A DNA stretch of 64,000 nt from NCBI GenBank assembly GCA_963803435.1, contig CAWDML010000009.1:416001-480000 (forward strand), given 5' to 3'. The translations under genes were made by a program, and so were the position numbers. The notes beneath the pieces are model-generated. The model searched no databases. It saw only the letters and a program-made list of their open reading frames with translations, and was not told where the DNA came from. Origin of the DNA: an uncultured delta proteobacterium. Lineage in GTDB: Bacteria > Myxococcota > Kuafuiibacteriia > Kuafuiibacteriales > Kuafuiibacteriaceae. Positions 1-12,405 of the stretch are shown here, one piece after another (the stretch's first letter is position 1; each line of letters starts with the position of its first letter).

Positions 1-82
1 TGACGCGGCCGACTCCTCGAGGCCGGCCTTCACTTCGAGCACGGAGATTGGCCCGCCGCCGGAGACCGGGTGCAGGCGACGG

Positions 83-793
83 TCAAAACACGTCGTCGAG
101 GTGGTTGAGGACGGCGGCGCAGGTGGCGTTGTCGGGGACGCGCTTCATGACGAAGGTTCGCGCCTCGGGGTCCTCCTTGCGGCGGGTCTTGGGCTGTTTG
201 CGGAGCATGCCGGAGGTGGCGCCGAGGACGTGGAGTCCGGCGTTCCAGTCGACCGTGCCTTCGATGGTGTCCGGGCCGATGACGGTGCCGCTGGCCGTGC
301 TGGACTCCTCGATGGAGGCGTAGATCTCGCCGCCGATGATCCCGTTGACCTCGATGGTGACGCCGGGGTGGCCGTCCTGATCCTCGTCTGCGCCGGCCTC
401 GCCGTAGCACCGGCGGGCCTTGTGCTGCACCAGCGTGAGGCGGTCTCCGGTCGCGGTGAGCTGGATAGGGGACCAGTCGCGGCGGAGCATGCGAAGGAAG
501 CGGGTTGGGTAGGTGGTGCGCACGAACCCACCGAGTGTCTTGGTGGCCAGTCGGCAGGTCTTCTCGCGGTAGAGCAGCGCGCCCCCGTCTCCGGGGCGGA
601 TCTCGAGAAGCGAGATGATTTCGGTCTTCTGGGAGATGTCTCCCACCACCGGCATCCTCGTGACGGACTCGAGACGGGCCCGCTTCACCCACCGTCCGGT
701 GAGCTGCGCGGTGGGGTCACCTTCGGCGCGGGCATCGGAGGCGAGGAGCGACGCCGAGAGCAGGATCAACGCGCCGAGCTTGGGTGCATGCAT
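83..793 (-). CDS. secreted hypothetical protein
   Basis: 236 aa ORF with a signal peptide (MHAPKLGALILLSASLLASDARA) and globular composition; D-E-D-Q-D-G-H-P-G motif. Confidence 0.75.
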   Translation of the reverse strand: MHAPKLGALILLSASLLASDARAEGDPTAQLTGRWVKRARLESVTRMPVVGDISQKTEIISLLEIRPGDGGALLYREKTCRLATKTLGGFVRTTYPTRFLRMLRRDWSPIQLTATGDRLTLVQHKARRCYGEAGADEDQDGHPGVTIEVNGIIGGEIYASIEESSTASGTVIGPDTIEGTVDWNAGLHVLGATSGMLRKQPKTRRKEDPEARTFVMKRVPDNATCAAVLNHLDDVF

Positions 794-882
794 CCGGTTC
801 TAAAACAATGTCGTCGCAGGCAGCATTTCGAGCGACGACTTTGCAGGCTACATGTGAAATCGCGCTACGATCGTGCGGTCAC

Positions 883-2325
883 ATGAGCAGCGATGTCTTC
901 ATGATTCGCAATGGAGATGGCGCGGAGGTCGGTCCGTGCAGTGGCCAGACCATCGCCGTGCTGATCAGCGAGGGCGTGATAACCGCAGACGCGTGCGTGA
1001 TCTCGGATTCCGGACTTTTGCCGATCACGCAGGTGCCGACGTTCGCCAAGGCGCTCGGCAAGGTCGATGACGCGTCGCCGGCCAGCGTGCTCGCGACCAA
1101 GCTGTTCACGTCGGATCTGGTCGCCATGGACGGCGCCGAACCGCTCGAGCTCAACGATCTCGAGGATCCGATCGAACGATCGGAGACGCTCTCGGTCGAT
1201 CTCCCGGGATCGACGACCTCGGGGACGCTCGAGGAGGTCCTCGGGCCCGAGCATACGATCGTCGATCCTTGGTTCGCCGGCGTACTGATCGAGCTCTGGC
1301 GTCGCTCCGAAACCGTGGTGCTCGAGGTCGAGGCCAACGACGTCCTCACCACGATCTACATGCTGGAAGGCACGCCGATGTTCGCGTCGAACGGGACGCT
1401 CACCGACACGCTGGGCCGGCTGCTGATCCGGATGGGACGGATCACCGAGGATCAGCTCGAGCAGGCGATCGAGCACTTCATCGAGAACTACGAGGGCACC
1501 AACAAGCGCGTAGGTGAGGTGCTGATCGAGCTCGACATGGTCACGCCCGAGCAGATCTCGGAGGCGCTGCACATTCAGACGCGCGAGAAGATCCTCAGCT
1601 GCTTCCAGTGGACGCATCTTCGCTACTCGATCAAGCGGGATCCCGAGTCCGTGAAGCGCATGCCGCGGTTCAGCTGTCCGGTGCCGTATCTGCTCGAGGA
1701 CGGCATTCGCCGCTACTACGACGAGGGCCGGATCGATCAGGTGGTGGAGGGGCTCGCACACTGCTATCCCGGGGTCGAGATCGCGCGCGATCGCGTCGCG
1801 GAGCTCCTGGCCGGAGATCCGGAGCACCAGCAGCTGGAGATGCCGGACGACGACGACGAGGGCGCGCTCGCCGATGCCTTCGACGTGCCGCCCAAGGACC
1901 GCTCGAACGCGGCGGTGCGCTCACTCTGGGCGGAGGCCTCCTACAAGATGGGCAAGCGGCTCATGTACCACCGGCCGGCCGCCGCCATCGGAAAGCTCAA
2001 GCGCGCCGTCAAGCTCAGACCGGAGGCCCTCGAGTACCGGATGCTGCTCACATATATCGAGTACCGGACCTCCAAGGACGCGGATACGCGCGCCGAGAAG
2101 GCCAAGGAGGCCCGCGCCTTCGCGGAGCAGGCGCTCCAGCAGGATCGGAAGGCGGCCTCGGCGCACACGATCCTCGGGCACTTCGACAAGCTGGTCGGCA
2201 ACCTCGGCGGCGCCATCGAGCACTTCCGCCGGGCGCTCGAGCTGGATCCGACGGACCGGGAGGCGAAGCAGGAGTTCCGGCTGTTGCGGAGCGACAGCAC
2301 CCCAGATACGCCCCGACCTCGATGA
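883..2325 (+). CDS. GYF_2-like + DUF4388/MshEN-like + TPR domain protein
   Basis: N-terminal 'EVGPCSGQTIAVLISEGVIT' is GYF_2-like; 'TLGRLLIRMGRITEDQL' and 'RVGEVLIELDMVTPEQISEALHIQ' repeats; C-terminal TPRs ('AIEHFRRALELDP'); ATG at 883. Confidence 0.75.
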   Translation: MSSDVFMIRNGDGAEVGPCSGQTIAVLISEGVITADACVISDSGLLPITQVPTFAKALGKVDDASPASVLATKLFTSDLVAMDGAEPLELNDLEDPIERSETLSVDLPGSTTSGTLEEVLGPEHTIVDPWFAGVLIELWRRSETVVLEVEANDVLTTIYMLEGTPMFASNGTLTDTLGRLLIRMGRITEDQLEQAIEHFIENYEGTNKRVGEVLIELDMVTPEQISEALHIQTREKILSCFQWTHLRYSIKRDPESVKRMPRFSCPVPYLLEDGIRRYYDEGRIDQVVEGLAHCYPGVEIARDRVAELLAGDPEHQQLEMPDDDDEGALADAFDVPPKDRSNAAVRSLWAEASYKMGKRLMYHRPAAAIGKLKRAVKLRPEALEYRMLLTYIEYRTSKDADTRAEKAKEARAFAEQALQQDRKAASAHTILGHFDKLVGNLGGAIEHFRRALELDPTDREAKQEFRLLRSDSTPDTPRPR

Positions 2326-4857
2326 CGCCCGAACGTTTGCCGATCGACGCAGCCGGTCACCATCGACTGGTGATCGAGCGAGGATCCGAAGGCGCTCTGG
2401 TGCGGCTGGAATCGGACGCCGCGCACCACCACTCGGATCTGCGCTGGGCGCTCCTCGCGCACCTCTCGGTGTCGGGGGTGCGTCTGGATCCCGTGACGCG
2501 CAGCGCGCGGATCATGGGGGATCGGATCGAGCCGAGGCTCGGCGATCGCGCGCTGACGGTCCTTCGCCCCTTCGAGACCCGTTTCCTGGCCGACAATCTG
2601 GCGCCGCACGCGGCGACGGGGAGGACCGGCCCGATCCCCTCGCTGGCCACCGATCTGCACACGCACTTCGCCGGCTGCATCTGCGCCGACGACCTGATGG
2701 AGATCGGTGCTGCGGCCGGCGCTGTCTATCCCCGGTGGCTCCTCGAGCGCGCCGGGATCCACGCCGGAGCCGATCTCGAGGTCTCACGGATGAGCCCGGA
2801 GATCCGGGCACGCCTAGCGGCGGGGCTGGCCGTCCCGGCCGATCGGCAGCTCACGTTCCGCGAGATGCAGTCGATCTACCGGCTGCGCCAGCCGATCACC
2901 AAGATGGCGGCGACCTTCCTCCCGATGGCCCGAAGGATCGCGCTTGACTACGCGACCATGGGCGTCCGGTACGTGGAGCTGTCGCTGCACCAGATCGCGG
3001 AGGCTGCGCTCCTCGAGGCGGTTCACCGGGAGATGCCGCGGATCGAGGCGGAGACGGGCGTCCGGATGCGGTTCCTGGCGGCGTTCGGACGACAGGACGA
3101 TCACGAGTGGATGCTCGATTATCTCGATCGCGTCGCCTCGATCGCAGAGAGCCGCTATCTCGCCGGCATCGACGTGATGGGCCACGAGGTGAACTCGACG
3201 CACGAGTTCGCGCCGATCCTCGCGGACTTCGCGAAGCGGATCGAGCGCGTGCGTTCCGGCTTCGTGATCCGCGTGCACGCGGGCGAGAACGCGGCGCACC
3301 CCGAGAACGTGCGGGTGGCCGCCGAGGCGATCCGCGGTGCCGCCGTCCAGCTCCGGATCGGACACGGCCTCTACGGCGCGGATGCCGCCACGCTCGCGGT
3401 GCTCGAGGAGGTGAAGGCGATCGTCGAGTTCAACCTCGACAGCAACTTCGCGCTCAACAACCTGCAGACGTTCGCGCCCGAGGCCGCGCCGCTGTCGCGG
3501 TACCTCGAGGCGCGGATCCCGGCGGTGCTTGGCACGGATGGCTACGGCGTCTATCAGGTGACGCTCGAGGACGAGGCGCGGGCAGCGATGCTGTGCGGGC
3601 TCGACGAGGCCGGGCTCGAGCGGATCCGACAGGCCGAGGACCAGTATCTGGCAGGCCGGGAGGCGGCGGAGGGGCAGCTCCCGCGGGTCTTCGCGGTGCC
3701 GGCTGACGCCGATCCGTCGGGGCTGCGGTTCGGGCCGGCCGTGGAGGCGCGGAAGCGGGCGCGGATCGAGGCGCGCGATCGGGCGCTCTCGGACGCGCTC
3801 CTCGCCATCGGCGCCGAGCGCGTCGATCGACCCGCCGTCGATCGGCTGCTGCGGAAGAAGCGCGCGATCTCCTTCGCCGGCGCCTGGCGGGAGAGCTGGG
3901 CCCGGCTGACCGAGGAGGAGCGCGCTGCGATCGAACGCGTGATCACGGAGCTCCTGGCCGCCTGGGATCCGGCGGGCACCGTGCTCCTGACGGGCGGGAC
4001 GCGCCACGGCGTGGAGGCCGTGGTGCAGCGCCATGGACGCGCGCGCGGCTTTCCCGTGCTGGGCGTGTTGGTGAACGCCATCCATCCCGAGGATCTCGAG
4101 GTCGGATCGATCACGCACGCGCTCCTGATCGGGGAGACGATCTACGACAAGGCTGGAGGTCTGTATCGCCTGATCAAGGACCACGACGGCTGGTGTCTGT
4201 TCTTCGGAGGAGGCCCGACGGTCGGCGACGAGATCCAGACGGCGGACAATCTCCACCTCCCGCACCTGATGATGGACGGGCCCGGCGGCGCCAGCTCGCT
4301 GCATGCGCGGCTCCAGCCGGAGCGCGCCTTCCGGACGGCGGCGGAGGTGCTCGGCAAGATGGCCGCCCACCGGCACGCCGGCGGGCTGCGGCACCTGGGG
4401 CCGAACCCGGCGGTCGACGTGATCGCGGTGCGCGGCGGGACCCAGGTGCTCCTGGTCCGCCGCCGGGACGACGCCCGCTCGTTCGCGGGCGCGTGGGCGC
4501 TTCCGGGCGGGTTCGTGAAGAGCACGGCGCTGCCACGAATGCCCTGGGTGCCCGGCGCAGAGACGCTGCGGGAGGCGGCCGTGCGCGAGGTTCGCGAGGA
4601 GACCGGGCTGGAATCTGAGGAGCGCGATGGGGCAGCTCGTCTTCGCGGGCGAGCGCGAGGGCGGCGGACGGGATCCGCGCGACACGGCGGAGTCGTGGGT
4701 TCGATCGAGCGCGTTCTTCGTCGCGGTGGACGCGGAGCTGGCGGCCTCACCCATCGCGGGCGGCGACGACGCGGGTGACGCGCGCTGGTGGCCGCTCGCG
4801 AAGCTCCCCCAGCTTGCCTTCGATCACGATGAGATCATCGGCGACCACGTCCCGTGA
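2322..4857 (+). CDS. adenosine deaminase-like + SLOG + Nudix (NUDT9-like ADP-ribose pyrophosphatase) fusion; one extra base near 4612
   Basis: ADA motifs DLHTH, HAGE, RIGHG, GTDG; SLOG motifs LLTGG and FFGGGPTVGDE; Nudix box 'GAETLREAAVREVREETGL'; C-terminus (RDPR, GDDA, LAFDH) continues in frame 4627..4857; ATGA overlap with the upstream gene. Confidence 0.8.
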
Positions 4858-6194
4858 AAGGTGATCGGGATGTGGTGATCGAACCAGGCCCGCGCGATCG
4901 GCCCGCCAGCGAGGGACCGGGCGTCGAACACGGCCAGGTGGGTGGCGTGCCGGCGGGCGTCGTAGACCAGCGTCAGCGCGAAGGCCTCGAGCTCGCCCTC
5001 ACCGGCCGGCACGATCACCGCCTCGGACGCGCGCTCGTGGCTGTCGAAGGCGAACGCCTCGAAGCCGCCGCTCTCCACGTCGAGGCGCAGAAGGCGGTGG
5101 GGCGCGGTCTCCGTCACGATCCAGGCGTAGTGATGGCGGCTCGCCTCCACGGCCGGGTGGACGCGGGGGAAGTCGGCCTGCGGCTCGAAGATCGGCTGGA
5201 GCGCGATCGACCTCGCCGCGAGATCGATCTCGGCGCGGCGGTAGCTGCCGCCGCGGACACCGCCGACCTCGTTGCGGCCGATCGCGCGAAAGCTCGAGAA
5301 GTCAGGGTAGTGGAGGAAGTCGACGAAGAGCCGGCCGGGCTCCTCGAAGGCGTTTGCGAAGTGCCACTGAAAGAACGGATCGGTCTCGAGCTTGATCGGT
5401 CGGTCCGGCCGATCGATCGGCACGATCAGCACGAAGGTGCCGAGCTGGGGACGCCACTGGAAGAGGTCCTCGAACGATCCGAGCTGGAGGAAGAGGCGGG
5501 GCGCGCTGGCCACCGCGGGCGGGACGAAAAAGACGAGGTGGTTCTCCGTGACGATGAAGTCGTGGAGCATCGGCGGCGCCTCCAGATCGAAGGTGCCGAG
5601 GTGGCGCGCAGGCCCGCAATCGGGGAGCTCGTAGAGCTCGAGCTTGGTGTGCCGGCCGTAGCGGACGCCGTAGGCGTAGGAGGCGCCGCGCTGGGGCACT
5701 CGGTGCGGATGCGCGCAGAGCGGGCCGCGGACGACGCCGCCGAGGTCGGTCTCGCCGCGGACGGACAGCACCGAGGGATCGATCCGCGTGGGGCGGGCCG
5801 CCTCCATCAGCGCCAGCACCTGCTCCTGCCAGCAGAGCACGTTCGTGTTGGCCGTGTTCTTCCGGCGCCCGGCGTGCACGTTGAGCATCCTGCGCAGCCA
5901 CGGCGCGGCGCTCCCATAGAGCGGGCGGCCCGCGCTCTGCTCCTCGAGGAGGCCGGTGGTGGGGAGGATGCGGGTGGCGCCCTCGGCGCGGCCGCCCGCG
6001 ATCCGGATCGCCGTCAGCGCGCCGTCGCCCTCGAACAGGTGGAGATACGGACGCCCGAAGGAGTCGAAGCGCCCCGGGCCCGTGCGGTAGAGCGTCCCCG
6101 AGAGCGAGCCCGGGAGCACGCCGTCGAGCGTGAGAGGCTCGAAGCCGTGTGGCCGGGTCAGGTTTTCGGTGCAGATCCGTTCGACCGGCGTCAT
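4824..6194 (-). CDS. carotenoid/stilbene cleavage oxygenase (RPE65 family)
   Basis: 'GTLYRTGPG', 'HLFEGDG' and four Fe-binding His (CAHPH, MLHDF, QWHFANA, TFHGTW); ATG at 6194 overlaps the upstream TGA. Confidence 0.9.
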   Translation of the reverse strand: MTPVERICTENLTRPHGFEPLTLDGVLPGSLSGTLYRTGPGRFDSFGRPYLHLFEGDGALTAIRIAGGRAEGATRILPTTGLLEEQSAGRPLYGSAAPWLRRMLNVHAGRRKNTANTNVLCWQEQVLALMEAARPTRIDPSVLSVRGETDLGGVVRGPLCAHPHRVPQRGASYAYGVRYGRHTKLELYELPDCGPARHLGTFDLEAPPMLHDFIVTENHLVFFVPPAVASAPRLFLQLGSFEDLFQWRPQLGTFVLIVPIDRPDRPIKLETDPFFQWHFANAFEEPGRLFVDFLHYPDFSSFRAIGRNEVGGVRGGSYRRAEIDLAARSIALQPIFEPQADFPRVHPAVEASRHHYAWIVTETAPHRLLRLDVESGGFEAFAFDSHERASEAVIVPAGEGELEAFALTLVYDARRHATHLAVFDARSLAGGPIARAWFDHHIPITFHGTWSPMISS

Positions 6195-7039
6195 GGGTCC
6201 TGGGGCTTGCCGATGCTCTGGACGAAGTCGAAGCCGAAGCGACCCTTGATGCAGAGGTGCCCGTGGGTGACCGAGGAGTCGACGGGTGAGGTGACCTTCA
6301 CGATCCGGTTGTCCTGGACGTGGAGCGTCAGCGCGCAGCCGACACCGCAGTACGCGCAGATGGTGTCGACCTGCTTCTGCTCCGCTTCGCGCCACTGATC
6401 CTTCTCGCGAAGATCGTGCTCGCTCTTGAACATCAGCGCGCCGGTCGGACACACGCCGATGCAGTTGCCGCAGTAGACGCACGCGGAGTCGGGGAGGGGG
6501 ACGTCGAGCTCGGTCGAGACGCGGGCGTCGAAGCCGCGTCCGGCGATCGCGATCGCGAAGGTGCCCTGCGCGTCCGTCCCGCAGGCCTCGACGCACTTGT
6601 AGCAGAGGATGCACTTGCCGTAGTCGCGGACGTAGAGCTCGTTGTCGATCTTGGTCGGCTGCTCGACGTCGCGCGCGGCCGGGCCGAAGCGCTCGGGCTC
6701 TCCGCCGTAGCGCGCGAGATAGCCGGGGATTGCGGGCGCAGTGGAGACGTCGACGGAGGAGGCGATCAGCTCCAGCACCAGCTTTCTCGAGGTCCGCACC
6801 CGCTCCGAGTCCGTGGCGATCTTCATGCCGGCCTCGGCCTTCCTGGAGCAGGCCGGCGCCAGGACGCGGGCGCCCTCGATCTCGACCACACAGACGCGGC
6901 ACACGTTCACCGGCGTCAGGTTCTCCGCGTAGCAGAGGGTGGGCGTGTCGATGCCGAGCGCGCGGCAGGCCTCCAGGATCGTGCTGCCCTCGGGGACGCG
7001 CGCGGTCTTTCCGTCGATGGTCAGCTCGATCTGCCTCAT
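6191..7039 (-). CDS. iron-sulfur subunit (2Fe-2S + 4Fe-4S; NuoG/FdhA N-terminal-like) of an NAD-linked formate dehydrogenase-type complex
   Basis: IDTPTLCY...CRVCVVE...APAC; CILCYKCVEAC; CVYCGNCIGVCP; C-terminal CAYCGVGC...LCIKGRFG. Confidence 0.9.
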   Translation of the reverse strand: MRQIELTIDGKTARVPEGSTILEACRALGIDTPTLCYAENLTPVNVCRVCVVEIEGARVLAPACSRKAEAGMKIATDSERVRTSRKLVLELIASSVDVSTAPAIPGYLARYGGEPERFGPAARDVEQPTKIDNELYVRDYGKCILCYKCVEACGTDAQGTFAIAIAGRGFDARVSTELDVPLPDSACVYCGNCIGVCPTGALMFKSEHDLREKDQWREAEQKQVDTICAYCGVGCALTLHVQDNRIVKVTSPVDSSVTHGHLCIKGRFGFDFVQSIGKPQDP

Positions 7040-7041
7040 GT

Positions 7042-8796
<1,755 letters not shown>

Positions 8797-8816
8797 GTCT
8801 CCCTCTCTCTATATCT

Positions 8817-10717
8817 CTATATCCGATCGATCCGGATGGCGGCGGCCTTGAACTCCGCGGTGCCGGATCGGGGATCGACGGCGTCGATGGTGAGCTGATT
8901 CGTGTCGACCTCGTCCGGGAAGTGCAGCGTCATGAACGCGAGTCCAGGCATGAGGCCGGGATCGATCCGCACCGGGGCCTCGACGGCGCCGCGGCGCGAG
9001 CTCACGCGGACCCGCTCGCCGTCCTCGAGGCCGAGCCGCGCGGCGTCGGCGGGCGACACGTCAATCGTCTCGCCCCGCCGCATCGGGGACGCGAAGCCGC
9101 CCGACTGTACGCCCGTGTTGTACGAGTCGAGCCGCCGTCCGGTGGTGAGGCGGAGCGGATACTCGGCGTCGAGCGCCTCGACGGGCGGCTCCTGCGCCAC
9201 CACCGAGAACGGCGCCGCCGGCCCGCGGCGCGGCTCTTCCCAGAGCCGGCTGTGCAGGAACAGCTCGCCGGGATGGGATTCGTCGTAGCAGGGCCACTGG
9301 AGCCCGCCGAGGGCCTCGAGCCGGGGATAGCTCATCCCGGCGTGCATCGGGCTGACGCTCCTGAGCTCGTCCCAGGCCTCCTGTGCGGTGGGCTCGCCGA
9401 GATCCCGCCCAAGCCGGCGCGCCAGCGCGCAGATGATCGCGATGTCGTCGCGGGCCTCTCCCGGCGGATCGAGGGCCTTCCGGACCCGCTGCACCCGGCG
9501 CTCGCTGTTGGTGACCGTGCCCTCGCACTCGCACCAGGAGGCCGACGCGGGGAGGACGACGTGCGCGAGCTCGGCGGTCCGGGTGAGGAAGATGTCCTGA
9601 ACCACCACGATGTCGAGGTTCGACATCAGCTCGGTGGCGTGGGCACCATCCGCCTCTGACTGCGCCGGGTTCTCGCCGATGCAGTACAGCGCGGTCATCT
9701 TCTTGTCCTCCATCGCGTGGAACATCTGGCTCAGGTGCCAGCCGCTCTTCGGAGGGATGGTGCAGCCCCACGCCGCCTCGAAGCGGGCACGGATCGCGGA
9801 TCTTCGACGTCCTGGAAGCCGGGGAGCTTGTTGGGGAGCGCACCCATGTCACCGCCGCCCTGGACATTGTTCTGCCCGCGCAGGGGGTTCAGCCCGGAGC
9901 CGTAGCGGCCGACGTGGCCGGTCAGCAGCGAGAGGTTGATCAGCGAAAGGACGTTGTCGACGGCGTTGTGGTGCTCGGTGATCCCGAGCGTCCAGCAGAC
10001 GACGGCCCGATCGGCCTTCGCGTAGTCGTGCGCCAGCTGGCGGATGAGGGACGCGTCGACGCCGGTGATCGTCTCCGCCGACTCGAGCGTATAGGGCTCG
10101 ACGCCGCGGGCGTACGCGTCGAAGCCGCTGGTGGCGCGCTGGATGAACGTGTCGTTGGTGAGGCCGCCGTGGATGATCTCGCGACCGACCGCGTTGGCGA
10201 GCTGGATGTCGGTGCCCACCTGGAGGGCGAGCCACGCGTTCGCCCACTGGGCCGAGGTGGTCCGCCGCGGATCGATGACGTAGAGCTTGGCGCCCCGCTG
10301 CACGGCCTTGAGGACGTGGTGGAAGAAGATCGGGTGGGTCTCCCGAGCGTTCGAGCCCCAAAGAATGATCAGGTCGGACTCCTCCACCTCCCGGTAGGAA
10401 GTCGTGCCGCCCCCCGCACCGAAGACCGTCGCCAGACCGACGACGCTAGGCGCGTGTCAAGTCCGGTTGCAGCTGTCGATGTTGTTGCTACCCACGACGC
10501 TCCGGATGAACTTCTGCGCCAGATAGTTCACCTCGTTCGTCGCCTTCGAGCAGCTGAACATCCCGAACGTGCTCGGGCCGTGCGCGTCCACCGCGTCGCG
10601 GATGCCGCGGGCCGCCACATCGAGTGCCTCATCCCACGAGGCTGGCCGAAGTCGACCGCCCTCGCGGATCATCGGCTGCGTCAATCGGGTCCGTGTGGAG
10701 CTCGCGTGCGCCTTCAC
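8817..10717 (-). CDS. fdhF: selenocysteine-containing Mo/W-bisPGD formate dehydrogenase catalytic subunit; Sec UGA at 10457-10459; one base missing near 9798
   Basis: Reads NIDSCNRT-UGA-HAPSV in frame; PLRGQNNVQG; GENP; TNSERRVQ; C-terminal molybdopterin-binding domain ending EFKAAA. Confidence 0.88.
10427..10445 (-). promoter_or_regulatory. bacterial SECIS hairpin
   Basis: mRNA UGA CAC GCG CCU AG CGUCGUC-GGUCU-GGCGACG: a 7 bp stem with a GGUCU loop starting 11 nt after the UGA, positioned like the E. coli fdhF SECIS. Confidence 0.8.
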
Positions 10718-10766
10718 GCGGCGTAGTCTAGGAAGTCAGAGGCGAAACGACAAGCGGGCGGAGGCG

Positions 10767-12125
<1,359 letters not shown>

Positions 12126-12244
12126 GTGCTCGGGCCGCGCCTTCGAATCGAATCCTGACTCCAACCGAGCCGCTGAACCCCAAATGCTCATGTTTGATCA
12201 ACCCGCGCTGCGCACGGGTCCCTTCCTCGTTCCGGGAGCATAGA

Positions 12245-12259
12245 GCAACGTGCGTGCCA
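12245..12259 (-). promoter_or_regulatory. sigma-54 (-24/-12) promoter
   Basis: TGGCAC-GCACG-TTGC, a perfect consensus match, about 120 bp upstream of the 12125 start. Confidence 0.75.
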
Positions 12260-12405
12260 GCGTTGCGGGTGCCGTCGATGTGTGAGGCGAGCACAGCTGG
12301 CCGATCGCCGCCCCCATCCTGCGACCATCGAATCTCCGGGAACGGAGAAGAGACGGATACGCCACGGCCGGAACGCGTCGGGTGGGGCGCTCTGCCGCGG
12401 TGGCG

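Noticed and set aside
1608-2321. N-terminal extension of the 1056 aa ORF
   Set aside because: Off-frame overlap with the TPR gene giving low-complexity Arg/Gly/Ala sequence; the real start is ATG 2322.
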